Source: a phage
Direction: 5' to 3' (one strand)
DNA: 64,000 nt
NCBI GenBank assembly: GCA_014435945.1
Contig: GCA_014435945.1_4088.1
Part shown: positions 9,103 to 18,629 of the stretch, in pieces
Layout: every line of letters begins with the position of its first letter
Numbering within the stretch: the stretch's first letter is position 1
The notes under the pieces: generated by a model
Databases searched by the model: none
What the model saw: the letters and a program-made list of their open reading frames with translations, nothing else
Told to the model about the DNA's origin: nothing
Made by a program: the position numbers and the translations under genes

Positions 9103-9457
9103 AAAAGTAATATTTCTTTTGAATACAAGAAGCTCTTTATATAAGGAATTCAAAGATAATGATGGTTCTTTTAAACCATTATGTATAGAATTCAATGATT
9201 TAATTACAGATGCATTGTTTGAATTTTCAGAGAAATATCAAGATACCGTGTTTGGTGTTAAGAATGTTATTAGTCCAAGTTCAAGGAAGATAACGTTATC
9301 TCATTTTACATTTGACAATAAAGATTTATTCAGTTATAATCCTAGTACATCTTTATATTTTATTCCTAAAGGAGAAAAGAATAGTCCTATTCATTACGGA
9401 TGGATTATATCTTATACAATAAATGGAACGGAGTATCCTATCAAATGGCACGATTAG
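9068..9457 (+). CDS. hypothetical protein (129 aa)
   Basis: ORF in tight series; overlaps upstream gene by about 35 nt. Confidence 0.55.
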   Translation: MNMNPEIVQDLKKVIFLLNTRSSLYKEFKDNDGSFKPLCIEFNDLITDALFEFSEKYQDTVFGVKNVISPSSRKITLSHFTFDNKDLFSYNPSTSLYFIPKGEKNSPIHYGWIISYTINGTEYPIKWHD

Positions 9458-9597
9458 GGAGTGGAGATTATAATATGAATATATTATTAAGAAATATTAA
9501 TGCAGATTATTGTGTATGGGTTAAGAATCGAGATATGATGTATTATGATTTTTATTTAGATTGTGCCATTAAGCGTTTTTTAAGAGAAGAACATTAA
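9445..9597 (+). CDS. hypothetical small protein
   Basis: ORF-track ORF 9400..9597 trimmed to internal ATG; start uncertain. Confidence 0.4.
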   Translation: MARLGSGDYNMNILLRNINADYCVWVKNRDMMYYDFYLDCAIKRFLREEH

Positions 9598-9779
9598 TGA
9601 AAGACGTTAATACAAAAGCAATAAATGATTTAAATGATTCTTTATTAGTAAGTATCAAGATGTATTACAATATACATTTAAAGGGTGGTATTGATGATTA
9701 CAATTATTATCTTTCATTAGTTACAATAGAACATTTAAATTATATAGATCATTTATTACATCCAAATCCACCAATTTAA
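9597..9779 (+). CDS. hypothetical small protein (60 aa)
   Basis: ATG overlaps upstream TAA. Confidence 0.5.
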   Translation: MKDVNTKAINDLNDSLLVSIKMYYNIHLKGGIDDYNYYLSLVTIEHLNYIDHLLHPNPPI

Positions 9780-9790
9780 GGAATACCAAT

Positions 9791-10120
9791 ATGAATAAAA
9801 TTATTTTAGCTCTAACATTTATTTTATCAATGTTCTCTAATACAGTACAGGCCGCTGATTATGAAGTATATCAATTTGATTGCAGATTACAAAACAATGA
9901 TAAAATTGATATATTTTTACATAGCACAGAAATTCCGTATTTGCAAATTGAGTCCACAAAGTACATTTATTTTGGTGAGAATTCAGTACAGGAATTTTTA
10001 TTCAAGCACACATCAGAAGATGTAATTGTATCATTACAATACGTTGATGCATCATTATCGTTAATGCATTTCAAGAACGCAAAAGGTTTAGTTACAGTGC
10101 TTAAATGCACAAGGGTATAA
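9791..10120 (+). CDS. predicted secreted protein with signal peptide
   Basis: N-terminus MNKIILALTFILSMFSNTVQA then AD: typical Sec signal with AxA cleavage site. Confidence 0.6.
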   Translation: MNKIILALTFILSMFSNTVQAADYEVYQFDCRLQNNDKIDIFLHSTEIPYLQIESTKYIYFGENSVQEFLFKHTSEDVIVSLQYVDASLSLMHFKNAKGLVTVLKCTRV

Positions 10121-10121
10121 T

Positions 10122-10682
10122 ATGAATGATATTGAGTTATTGGTACATAAGATTTGCACAATATCGTTAGTGCTGAACAATGCGAATACAGTACAGAGTT
10201 CCCTTTTAAGAATTAATAAAGTTGGGAGTAGTTTATATTTGGAAGTAAAAGCTGGTTTTGCAGGTCAGTACAATGATAAAATCAAAGAAGAAGTTAAGGG
10301 AAGTGAAGATGCTTTCATTGAGGTTTGTGCAACAGTTGGTTCAAATCCAATTTCAGTATCACCGTTAATGCGAAATGAAAATTCAGAATTTAATTCCATT
10401 TTTGAAGGTTATTTGTGGTATAATGCTGGAGATGATTATTTTATATATCAGAATTCCAAAACGGATTACAGTGAAGAAGGTATAAAATTCATTGATCCTT
10501 ACAATGAAGCAGAAGTATTTCAGACATCCCTAATATACAATGCAAATCAAATGAAGTATCTTATGTTGTTTAGTACAATGCATTTGAATCCATTGAAAGA
10601 TAATTTAAAATTTTTCATTCGTTTAGAATTAGTTGATATTGCTTATGATCTTTTAATGCAAGGATACAGTTATGAAGTATAA
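10122..10682 (+). CDS. hypothetical protein, paralog family 2
   Basis: motif EAEVFQTSLIYNA; C-terminus LLMQGYSYEV shared with 10759..11265. Confidence 0.65.
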   Translation: MNDIELLVHKICTISLVLNNANTVQSSLLRINKVGSSLYLEVKAGFAGQYNDKIKEEVKGSEDAFIEVCATVGSNPISVSPLMRNENSEFNSIFEGYLWYNAGDDYFIYQNSKTDYSEEGIKFIDPYNEAEVFQTSLIYNANQMKYLMLFSTMHLNPLKDNLKFFIRLELVDIAYDLLMQGYSYEV

Positions 10683-10752
10683 AATGCTTTATACAAAAGA
10701 TATGATTTATGTTGAATTAGAAGGCAATGACGATGTATCCATCAATAGGTAA
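10672..10752 (+). pseudogene. truncated N-terminal remnant of a family-2 paralog (26 codons)
   Basis: encodes MKYKMLYTKDMIYVELEGNDDVSINR, matching the N-terminus of 11255..11566 (MKYKMLYTLTLIYVELESDSDAW); junction sequence duplicated at 11235-11285. Confidence 0.6.
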
Positions 10753-10758
10753 TAATAT

Positions 10759-11265
10759 ATGAATGAGATAGAATTATTAGCACACAAGATTAGTACAGTA
10801 ATGCTTATGCTCAAGAATAATCATTCTATGCATAAGTACATTTTTATAGGTGATTTACGCATAGAAGATAGATATGATAAATTATCGTTTATGTTTAAAG
10901 ATGAAAGTAATGCAAAAGTTTGTTTTGCAGCATTTGCCCAAGGCAATCCAGAACAAGCATCTCCTGTTATATACGAAAATAGTGAAGGGTATTTGTGGGT
11001 CAACACAAACGATTATTTCTTTTATGTTTTGAAACAAGATGATGAAGTAGAAGCACGAATTGATTTAATTGATATTAGTACAGATTGTAGTGCTGAATTA
11101 TTTCAGAAATCGTTATTATACAGTCCTCGTCAAATACATTATCTAAAGTTATTCAGTTCATTGTACGCGAATCCTTTAATTAAGGGTTTTAAATTTTATA
11201 TCAAAATTCCGCACCTTTCAAACGTTTATGATTTATTAATGCAAGGATATAGTTATGAAGTATAA
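10759..11265 (+). CDS. hypothetical protein, paralog family 2
   Basis: motif SAELFQKSLLYSP; ends LLMQGYSYEV. Confidence 0.65.
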   Translation: MNEIELLAHKISTVMLMLKNNHSMHKYIFIGDLRIEDRYDKLSFMFKDESNAKVCFAAFAQGNPEQASPVIYENSEGYLWVNTNDYFFYVLKQDDEVEARIDLIDISTDCSAELFQKSLLYSPRQIHYLKLFSSLYANPLIKGFKFYIKIPHLSNVYDLLMQGYSYEV

Positions 11266-11566
11266 AATGCTTTATACATTAACATTAATATATGTAGAAT
11301 TAGAATCCGATTCAGATGCATGGAATTTGGTTAAAGAGGTCGATACCAATCAATGGTACATGGCAAATTTAGACGCACAGGTTGTTACGGATTATTTTAT
11401 AGATTTTAATACATTATCTGAAGAAGAATTTTTCCAAATGCAATTGGTGGTTGACATGTACGGGCATGACATGGTAACATTACGAAATATACAGAAAGCC
11501 GTTAATGAAATCCAAAGCAAGAAAGATTATGAGGTAGGAGAGTATTATGAGATCGACGTACAGTGA
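11255..11566 (+). CDS. hypothetical protein, paralog family 2
   Basis: motif SEEEFFQMQLVVD. Confidence 0.65.
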   Translation: MKYKMLYTLTLIYVELESDSDAWNLVKEVDTNQWYMANLDAQVVTDYFIDFNTLSEEEFFQMQLVVDMYGHDMVTLRNIQKAVNEIQSKKDYEVGEYYEIDVQ

Positions 11567-11904
11567 AAGCAATGAGTACAATAGTTATGATATATAAAAT
11601 GCTTTATACAGTATCGGGGATATATGTAGAATTAGAACCCGATTATCCAGATGGATGGAATTTTATTAAACGCTCCGATAGAAATACATGGCAAATGGAA
11701 CATTTGGATAATGACGTAATATTAGACAATTTTGTGGATTTTAATACATTATCAGAAGAAGAATTCTTCCAAATGCAATGTGTGCTTGACACAAAAGGAT
11801 TTGATGTGCTATTATTAAAGAATATACAGAAAGCTGTTAACGAATTAATATCCAATGACGAGTTAGGCAAAGTGAGGCTGTTCCATGATCTCGAAGTACA
11901 ATGA
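11563..11904 (+). CDS. hypothetical protein, paralog family 2
   Basis: motif SEEEFFQMQCVLD; close paralog of previous gene. Confidence 0.65.
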   Translation: MKAMSTIVMIYKMLYTVSGIYVELEPDYPDGWNFIKRSDRNTWQMEHLDNDVILDNFVDFNTLSEEEFFQMQCVLDTKGFDVLLLKNIQKAVNELISNDELGKVRLFHDLEVQ

Positions 11905-12460
11905 AAGCAATGAGTACAATGAAATTCAGTACACCTACGCTAATGCAATCCTTATGGGACAAAAGTTAGCTTGTATTGTTGCAGCCTTATATAATGCACA
12001 GAAAGATTACAAGCGTCACATCCACAAATGTATTGGTATTATTCCATCGAAGTACAATACATATATTGCGTGCACGAGTCATTTTGATAAACGATTCAAT
12101 ACACCTGATACCCCAAATGCCCATAGTGTTATTGGTCTTTTGGATTTTGCCCCTGGTGCTGTTATTGGAAAGAATGATTTAGAGTACGCATGGTATAATA
12201 AAAATGCCCCGTTAGTAATGGTAAAATATGATACAGAAACGAACAAAGCAATAGAGTACAATACATATAAATCAGAGGAAGAATTTTTCCAAGGTTCATT
12301 GCTTGTACCAGTGCGATTGTTATTTTATAATGTCATAATGAGTACAGTACACGATAGTCCATTACACAAGAATCACAAAATTAATTTCAATTTTTGTGCT
12401 TATGCGATTGATGGTGTTTATGAGTGCTTAATGGAGGTATTGAGTTATGAAGCTGAATAA
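11885..12460 (+). CDS. hypothetical protein, paralog family 2
   Basis: motif SEEEFFQGSLLVP. Confidence 0.65.
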   Translation: MISKYNESNEYNEIQYTYANAILMGQKLACIVAALYNAQKDYKRHIHKCIGIIPSKYNTYIACTSHFDKRFNTPDTPNAHSVIGLLDFAPGAVIGKNDLEYAWYNKNAPLVMVKYDTETNKAIEYNTYKSEEEFFQGSLLVPVRLLFYNVIMSTVHDSPLHKNHKINFNFCAYAIDGVYECLMEVLSYEAE

Positions 12461-12788
12461 TACATTTGATATTAAGAAGTTAAGAGAATGGTTTTATAGT
12501 ATTGAAATTGAAGCCATTCCTTATCATAGATATGAACAAAGTGATTTACAAAGTATTGATATCAGAGAGTTGTACAAATATTATCAGAGTGCATTAGAGA
12601 TGCATAAGTTATTTTTGAGTACAAATTTCATCCTAAATTACAATTTTGAGGAATTTAATAATTATAATTTAGTACAGAAATATGTAGTAGCAAAGTACAT
12701 GTACAATCAAGGTATCAAAGGTTGCCTCGAATTCAATACCGTTCTTATTTTAGTTGAGGTAATTTTATGCACCGCATGTCTGATTTAG
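12447..12788 (+). CDS. hypothetical protein
   Basis: ORF in series; only a degenerate motif (NFEEFNNYNLV). Confidence 0.5.
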   Translation: MKLNNTFDIKKLREWFYSIEIEAIPYHRYEQSDLQSIDIRELYKYYQSALEMHKLFLSTNFILNYNFEEFNNYNLVQKYVVAKYMYNQGIKGCLEFNTVLILVEVILCTACLI

Positions 12789-13264
12789 AGTTCAGTTTAG
12801 ATGCAGCCTTTAAATTTGTTCACAAAATAGAAACAATATATCGTACATTATGTGCAATAACATCAGTATCAAAAGAGTTTGATGTTGGTGAAAGGTATCA
12901 GGTGTGGAATAATTCATTTTATAATAAAGAACATTCTGCGACGGCATTTTATATTTTAGCATTTAATCCCAGCAATTGTTACCCAGAGAAGCATGAACGT
13001 TATCCAAATGACGACATGTGGTTTGAGTACAAAGAAGATGCTGATATGTCGTCAATTGTAGTTCCTGATGATTTTAATGCACAAGATTTAACAGAAGAGT
13101 GGTGGTTCCAGCAGAATTTAGTACATGATGATATTGATTTATTTTTCTATATAGTGTTTAAAATGCTTTATCACAACAATATAGTTAAAGAAAGTTTATC
13201 GTTTTCATGTCTATATATTGATGATTTGTACAATGAAATTCAAATAAACATGCCTGTATCGTAA
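12767..13264 (+). CDS. hypothetical protein, paralog family 2
   Basis: motif TEEWWFQQNLVHDD. Confidence 0.65.
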   Translation: MHRMSDLEFSLDAAFKFVHKIETIYRTLCAITSVSKEFDVGERYQVWNNSFYNKEHSATAFYILAFNPSNCYPEKHERYPNDDMWFEYKEDADMSSIVVPDDFNAQDLTEEWWFQQNLVHDDIDLFFYIVFKMLYHNNIVKESLSFSCLYIDDLYNEIQINMPVS

Positions 13265-13280
13265 GATATGGGCTTTTTTT
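13253..13280 (+). terminator. possible rho-independent terminator
   Basis: 8-bp stem with two G-U pairs and GTAA loop around stop codon, followed by CTTTTTTTGTTT. Confidence 0.4.
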
Positions 13281-13282
13281 GT

Positions 13283-13311
13283 TTGACACGAGTACAAATG
13301 CATGGTACAAT
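13283..13311 (+). promoter_or_regulatory. sigma70-like promoter
   Basis: TTGACA 13283-13288, 17-nt spacer, TACAAT 13306-13311. Confidence 0.5.
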
Positions 13312-13337
13312 GTGTAATCATTTTTAAGGAGATACCT

Positions 13338-13886
13338 ATGGAAAATTTTAAAATACCAGATGATTTCAATTCAGTACAAGAGATGGTACACAAGGTTCAT
13401 TACATTTTTAATGAATTAATTATTGCCAATTCATCCAGTATGCAAATTGAGTTAAAGGATATTGATAGAGAAGAAGTTTTTTTGGGTTCCCCAAATTCAA
13501 TCATTCCTTTTTATGGTCAGGACCGTTTATGGTTCATGAGAGATACCCCAATTGACAAATACAAAATACAAAACAAATCAGAGAATGATTTTTCTTATTA
13601 TTATCTTAAAATTTCATTACAAGTACAAGATATTAGTGCAATGGGTGAAATAAGTGCAGAGGATTATTTTCAGTACAGTACATTGCATAGTCCAGAAGAA
13701 ATCTTTGTTGCTATGCTCGTTGCAAAATTGAGCACAGTTGATTTTGGGACATACCCACATAAATCATTCAAGATTATTATTCCTGCATTCGTCGATCTTT
13801 ATGATTTCATTGTGCACAAGAAAGAAAGTACAGTGTACGATATGTATCGTTCAAATTTCAGTATGATTACAGGGGCATTAAAATGA
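13338..13886 (+). CDS. hypothetical protein, paralog family 2
   Basis: motif AEDYFQYSTLHSP; start at ATG with AAGGAG RBS (ORF-track start 13302 lies in promoter). Confidence 0.65.
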   Translation: MENFKIPDDFNSVQEMVHKVHYIFNELIIANSSSMQIELKDIDREEVFLGSPNSIIPFYGQDRLWFMRDTPIDKYKIQNKSENDFSYYYLKISLQVQDISAMGEISAEDYFQYSTLHSPEEIFVAMLVAKLSTVDFGTYPHKSFKIIIPAFVDLYDFIVHKKESTVYDMYRSNFSMITGALK

Positions 13887-14491
13887 ACATAGATCAATTA
13901 ATGAAGTACAGTACAAATGCAATTCCAGTGCTAAGTAAAGCATTAGATGCATTCAATGCTAAGTACCCTGAAGGTTCAGAGTTAAATATTCCTTTTACCA
14001 CAGAGGGGATTGTTGATACGTACATTGTAAACATCAGTAGTACAGGTATTGTTTTGAAGCAGAAGTACGGCGAAGGTGAATATTATGGATTGAAGCTGGA
14101 TAATATTTCAGGAGAGAAAACACCTTATGAGTTTTGGGTTCCGAATAACATTGAGTCATGGAAAACAAATATTAATAAGAGAGACGAAAGAAATTTACCT
14201 CTTGTACAAAATAATGAAAAAAGAATTGACGTATTTTATTATTACAGTACAGACCAGTTTCCAGAAGAGATTTATTTAAATTCAGAGGTGCATGAAGATA
14301 TTGAATCATTTTTCTTTCAGTTATCATTGGTACAGGATATCATGCCTGTGCAAATGTTCAGGGATGAAATAAATTTAGCGAAAGAGATTTCGGATATGTT
14401 ACCTGAATTTAGTGTTCTTTATGGTAGTAGAGCTTTACCTGAAAATGTATACAAAGAATTTATTTCCATTGTTAAAGGGTTGAATATATAA
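13883..14491 (+). CDS. hypothetical protein, paralog family 2
   Basis: motif IESFFFQLSLVQD. Confidence 0.65.
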   Translation: MNIDQLMKYSTNAIPVLSKALDAFNAKYPEGSELNIPFTTEGIVDTYIVNISSTGIVLKQKYGEGEYYGLKLDNISGEKTPYEFWVPNNIESWKTNINKRDERNLPLVQNNEKRIDVFYYYSTDQFPEEIYLNSEVHEDIESFFFQLSLVQDIMPVQMFRDEINLAKEISDMLPEFSVLYGSRALPENVYKEFISIVKGLNI

Positions 14492-14492
14492 T

Positions 14493-14687
14493 ATGACCGC
14501 CTATGATATCAAACAAAGGCATACGAAGTTTGATTTGTTCACATACCAATTCCACAATGATATAGTGAATTTTAACATCAATGCGTCATTGCATCCTACA
14601 TCACAAGATGATTTTGACAACAGAGTGCTTAACATAGTGGTGCTTTTGTGTTATAATCATTTCAGTGAATATTTTAACACAAGATAA
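14493..14687 (+). CDS. hypothetical small protein
   Basis: ORF in series; no family motif. Confidence 0.45.
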   Translation: MTAYDIKQRHTKFDLFTYQFHNDIVNFNINASLHPTSQDDFDNRVLNIVVLLCYNHFSEYFNTR

Positions 14688-14700
14688 GGTTGAGGCACAC

Positions 14701-15219
14701 ATGTATCAGGCCAAGTACAATACATCATATGTATTTGCACACAACATTTTGAAGATCATCAAAGCGTTAGAGGGTGGATTGCTTAGTCATAAGTACACCA
14801 AAGTAGGTGACAATTGGTTCAGAAATGATGATGAGTTCAGAAGTCATAAGATTGTTTACAGCAATAATTACAGTGCCAATTACCTTCAGGATGTTGCTAT
14901 GTGCTTCGAATACGTGTTACAGTTCAGGGGTTCCATCAGTCCAGAGCTAAGAGAACACATGTACATTCGATACCTACCAATGCTTAAGGATGAGAAATCA
15001 ATATTCAATTCAGTACACCACAGAGTACGAGAGAGAACATTCAGGGATATTTTAGAAGATGAAGCTGCCTATTTTCAGCAATCATTGATTGATGCTCCTG
15101 ATGTGTTACAGATGCAGAATTTGTATAATGTATTAGATGCGAACATCGATACGGATATCTTTTTTTCCTTAAGTGATTATGAAACATTTTTGGAAGATTT
15201 AAAGGAAATAGGATTATGA
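14701..15219 (+). CDS. hypothetical protein, paralog family 2
   Basis: motif DEAAYFQQSLIDAPD; start at internal ATG with GAGG RBS (ORF-track start 14665). Confidence 0.6.
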   Translation: MYQAKYNTSYVFAHNILKIIKALEGGLLSHKYTKVGDNWFRNDDEFRSHKIVYSNNYSANYLQDVAMCFEYVLQFRGSISPELREHMYIRYLPMLKDEKSIFNSVHHRVRERTFRDILEDEAAYFQQSLIDAPDVLQMQNLYNVLDANIDTDIFFSLSDYETFLEDLKEIGL

Positions 15220-15560
15220 GTAGATTTTCAGTGTATATAGTGAACGTCAGTAAAGATGGTAGTTTAATTGAATTTGATGTAGTTGATAACAATGATAATT
15301 CATATGGTATTAAGGTACAGGACAATGATGTACAGTTCAGTACAAGGACAAATTTTGAGAATCCAGTCCAAGTTCCGAATTTCATAGAAGATGAAGCTGC
15401 ACGATTCCAATACGAAACGGCCTTTGATAATGTAGCGATGCATATTATTATGCAACAAAGTTTAGTTCAATTGCTTCAGGTATTCAGACAAAATATATAT
15501 ATACATGAAGTGTCGATTAATGGCATTCAAAGTTCCGTTTTGTTCGGTACAAATATGTAA
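15216..15560 (+). CDS. hypothetical protein, paralog family 2
   Basis: motif DEAARFQYETAFDN. Confidence 0.6.
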   Translation: MSRFSVYIVNVSKDGSLIEFDVVDNNDNSYGIKVQDNDVQFSTRTNFENPVQVPNFIEDEAARFQYETAFDNVAMHIIMQQSLVQLLQVFRQNIYIHEVSINGIQSSVLFGTNM

Positions 15561-15570
15561 GGAAAGTACA

Positions 15571-16125
15571 ATGAGTTCAATGAGTTTATTAGATACATTA
15601 GAAAAAGACAGAAGTGCCATTAAGAGATTAAAAAATCTTGTCCAGAGCATTGCGAACAACGCTGAGAAGTTCAGTGACAATCTTAGTATAGGTGATATAA
15701 CCAGTACAGGAATAAAATCCCTGAAGTCAGATTTATTAATTCATAAGGAAGATAAATTATTATTTGTATTGAGTTCAGATTTAATGGTTGCAAGTAATGG
15801 TTTCAATTCGATATCAACACAAGATGGTAGCACAGGATTATATCTATCACAGGGTGTCCAGACGAACGAACAAAAGTGTTTTAGTTCAGGAGTACAGAAT
15901 CCCTTTAAGTTCAGTACAGAACAAGCTACAGAGCTTTTAGATGCATCAGAAGAGATGTTATTTCAGTACAAAACGGTTCATACAGATTTTGAATTACGAT
16001 GCATGTACGCTGTTAAGCATTATGTTCAGGAGTTCGAGGATTTAAGTTATCTTTTAGTTCGAACGAATACAAAGAACATTGGTGCATTAGAAGATTACAT
16101 TTCAAAAGTTGTTAAAGGGTGCTAA
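15571..16125 (+). CDS. hypothetical protein, paralog family 2
   Basis: motif SEEMLFQYKTVHTD; start MSSMSLLD with AAGGAAAG RBS (ORF-track start 15505). Confidence 0.6.
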   Translation: MSSMSLLDTLEKDRSAIKRLKNLVQSIANNAEKFSDNLSIGDITSTGIKSLKSDLLIHKEDKLLFVLSSDLMVASNGFNSISTQDGSTGLYLSQGVQTNEQKCFSSGVQNPFKFSTEQATELLDASEEMLFQYKTVHTDFELRCMYAVKHYVQEFEDLSYLLVRTNTKNIGALEDYISKVVKGC

Positions 16126-16134
16126 AGGGTGCTG

Positions 16135-16296
16135 ATGAAAGAGTTATTTGAAGAACAGTTCGATACATATGTGGATAATATTCTTTATTCTAGCCGTGCT
16201 AGTCAACGAGGAAATCGTGCTTACAACATAGATTACCTATTAACGGTGCTGAGTTCACAGTACACCTACGCTGTACAGAGGACATATTATGAATAA
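16135..16296 (+). CDS. hypothetical small protein (53 aa), below the ORF-track length cutoff
   Basis: ATG 16135 to TAA 16294-16296 overlapping the next start (ATGAATAA); fills an otherwise empty 160-bp gap. Confidence 0.45.
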   Translation: MKELFEEQFDTYVDNILYSSRASQRGNRAYNIDYLLTVLSSQYTYAVQRTYYE

Positions 16297-16492
16297 TTTT
16301 AGAGATGTTGCAAAGGAGAAGTTCAAGTGCAGTTTAGATTACGGTTTAAATGATTTTCTTACATGCACAATGTACAGGAATGATGATTATGAGCAATCCG
16401 TAATTTCGTTGCACAGATATTTCGAAATAATTTATGCAAGATATCTTAGAAGGTTAGATGGGATAGGGGATTGGAATTATGATTACGTTTGA
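16289..16492 (+). CDS. hypothetical small protein
   Basis: ORF; degenerate motif NDDYEQSVISL. Confidence 0.5.
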   Translation: MNNFRDVAKEKFKCSLDYGLNDFLTCTMYRNDDYEQSVISLHRYFEIIYARYLRRLDGIGDWNYDYV

Positions 16493-16703
16493 AGAGCCGG
16501 AAGTGGTATATTGCTTTAGTGTGAAAGGTTTTGAATACATGATGGATTCGATTTTGAAGGATACATATTTGGTTCAGATTGAAGTTACAGATAATACAGA
16601 TAATGCATTACAACGAGTATTGAATATATACGAGAGGACGAGTCGAAGGCTTTGTGCAATGAAAAGGATTGAAGAAATCAAGCTTTCTAGGCTGAATAAA
16701 TAG
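16479..16703 (+). CDS. hypothetical small protein
   Basis: ORF overlapping upstream gene; followed by 160-bp gap. Confidence 0.5.
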   Translation: MITFEEPEVVYCFSVKGFEYMMDSILKDTYLVQIEVTDNTDNALQRVLNIYERTSRRLCAMKRIEEIKLSRLNK

Positions 16704-16900
16704 AGACGTTTCGTTTTCACAGGCCGCAGGAGGGGGGTCAAAAAAATTTTCGCTGAAAAACATGTTAAGGTATATGTTTAATATAAAGTTTTAAAATGTG
16801 TTCACAGAGTACAGTTCATGTTTCCTGAAACAAAAAATACCCCGCCGCGAACGTTCTCCTTATATTGGAGTTTACCTTATTAATTACAGTTGAGATTAAG

Positions 16901-17278
16901 ATGGAAATAAAATATAAAGAATTTTGTATAGGGACATGGATGTACACGGGTGAGTTGATTACGTGTTGTAATTTGTACAAAGGTGATTTAAACTACACAA
17001 GGGGCAAGGTTATAAAGTTCTGGAATTCACAATTTTATTTAATGGATCTTGGTACTGGATTTAGTTGTAAAGCAACCGATATGCTGGACTATACCTTAAT
17101 GGATGATGCTGCACTATTTCAGGAGTCATTAGTATTTGACAAGAAGTACATCTGTACATTAGAAGAGATTGTTGAAATCCAGCGTAGAATTAAATGTATT
17201 CACAGGGAATGTATAGATAAATGGTGTAAAACTGGTGAAACTAATTTTAGTAATCATTTCAATCTAGGGGAAGAGTGA
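16901..17278 (+). CDS. hypothetical protein, paralog family 2 (LFQESLVFDKKY subgroup)
   Basis: motif DAALFQESLVFDKKY; first ATG used (ORF-track start 16865 is TTG). Confidence 0.6.
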   Translation: MEIKYKEFCIGTWMYTGELITCCNLYKGDLNYTRGKVIKFWNSQFYLMDLGTGFSCKATDMLDYTLMDDAALFQESLVFDKKYICTLEEIVEIQRRIKCIHRECIDKWCKTGETNFSNHFNLGEE

Positions 17279-17634
17279 TGGAATTTGATTTTGTAATATC
17301 AGTACATTCTTTTAAGAACAGTTTTCAGTACTTTTGTAATTTAAACAAAGGTGATTTAATGCACAGTGCAAATGAGTATATTCATTACACTCAGGGTAAA
17401 TTTACATTCATTGATTACAGTTCATTACAGTATCCGCATCAGGATATGCCGGATTATACAGTACTTGATGAGGCTGAACTATTTCAGGAGTCATTAGTAT
17501 TTGATAAGAAGTACTTGTGTACATTTGAAGAAGTAATTGCAATACAAAATGAAATGAAAGAGTATGACTCTTTGAATAAAGGCAATGTCAGTATTAATCA
17601 AGAATACAAATTCAATATAGGAATTCCAGAATGA
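17275..17634 (+). CDS. hypothetical protein, paralog family 2 (LFQESLVFDKKY subgroup)
   Basis: motif EAELFQESLVFDKKYLCTFEEV. Confidence 0.65.
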   Translation: MMEFDFVISVHSFKNSFQYFCNLNKGDLMHSANEYIHYTQGKFTFIDYSSLQYPHQDMPDYTVLDEAELFQESLVFDKKYLCTFEEVIAIQNEMKEYDSLNKGNVSINQEYKFNIGIPE

Positions 17635-17975
17635 CATTTGATTTTTCTATGTTTATACCTAAGATTAGTACTTCACTGGAAGTGTATTGCAATCTTAACA
17701 AAGGTGATTATGAACACAAAATGGATCAGTACATTAAATTTAATGGTTCTTACTTTAGCTTCATTGATTATCAGACCAAAGGAACAGTTGTAGAAAATAT
17801 GAAAGACTATACAACAGTACAGGGTGAGGCTGAAATATTTCAAGAGTCATTAATATTTGACAAGAAGTACTTGTGTACACTAGAGGAAGTAATTGAACTC
17901 CAACAGAAGATGAAAGAATATAGAAGAATCTGTATAGAGACTGATTCCAAAGATAGGTATTGTTTTAAGCTATGA
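17631..17975 (+). CDS. hypothetical protein, paralog family 2 (LFQESLVFDKKY subgroup)
   Basis: motif EAEIFQESLIFDKKYLCTLEEV. Confidence 0.65.
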   Translation: MTFDFSMFIPKISTSLEVYCNLNKGDYEHKMDQYIKFNGSYFSFIDYQTKGTVVENMKDYTTVQGEAEIFQESLIFDKKYLCTLEEVIELQQKMKEYRRICIETDSKDRYCFKL

Positions 17976-18157
17976 ATAAAAAAGAACAAATGGAATCATT
18001 CATGAATACAATGCTTCGACGATTCGTAATTGATATTAGACATAACAACAGCATTAGGAATGACATGTACTTCGGTACATATGATATTAGTGAATTGTAT
18101 ATAGCTAATATTCACATGGTGTACCGAGATTATATCAAGACACAACACAGGAGTTGA
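17972..18157 (+). CDS. hypothetical small protein
   Basis: ORF in series; no family motif. Confidence 0.45.
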   Translation: MNKKEQMESFMNTMLRRFVIDIRHNNSIRNDMYFGTYDISELYIANIHMVYRDYIKTQHRS

Positions 18158-18158
18158 T

Positions 18159-18629
18159 ATGAGTTTTGCAAGAGCATTAGAAATTGCTAAGTTAATTGAT
18201 TTATGTAAAAAGGAAATAGTACTCAATCGACTCAATGGGTATCTATTCAAGGAAGGTAAAGCTTATTGTCGAATGATATACGATGACAGTAGTGAGTACA
18301 TTCACATGTACGAAGAAAACTTAGATTCTTCTGAAACAACACTCACTGGGTGTGATGTTAATCTGGAAGATAATTACATGTACTTCTGTCGTGATGCTGA
18401 TATTTTAATACAATATACTGACATTATAACTGGTGCAGCAGAAAAACATCTTCCGTATTCAGTACTGGATAATGACTGGGGAAGTGAAGAGTTCTACTTC
18501 CAGCAGAATACTATCTACGAGGAATATGTGCTTGACAAGCTTGTCATTCTGTGGTACTTTAATAATACCGATTGTCCTAGCTTCTATCTGGACTTGGATC
18601 TACTACGAGTTATTAAAGAGGATATATGA
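18159..18629 (+). CDS. hypothetical protein, paralog family 2 (WGSEEYYFQ subgroup)
   Basis: N-terminus MSFARALEIAK; motif WGSEEFYFQQNTIYEE; LVILWYF. Confidence 0.65.
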   Translation: MSFARALEIAKLIDLCKKEIVLNRLNGYLFKEGKAYCRMIYDDSSEYIHMYEENLDSSETTLTGCDVNLEDNYMYFCRDADILIQYTDIITGAAEKHLPYSVLDNDWGSEEFYFQQNTIYEEYVLDKLVILWYFNNTDCPSFYLDLDLLRVIKEDI

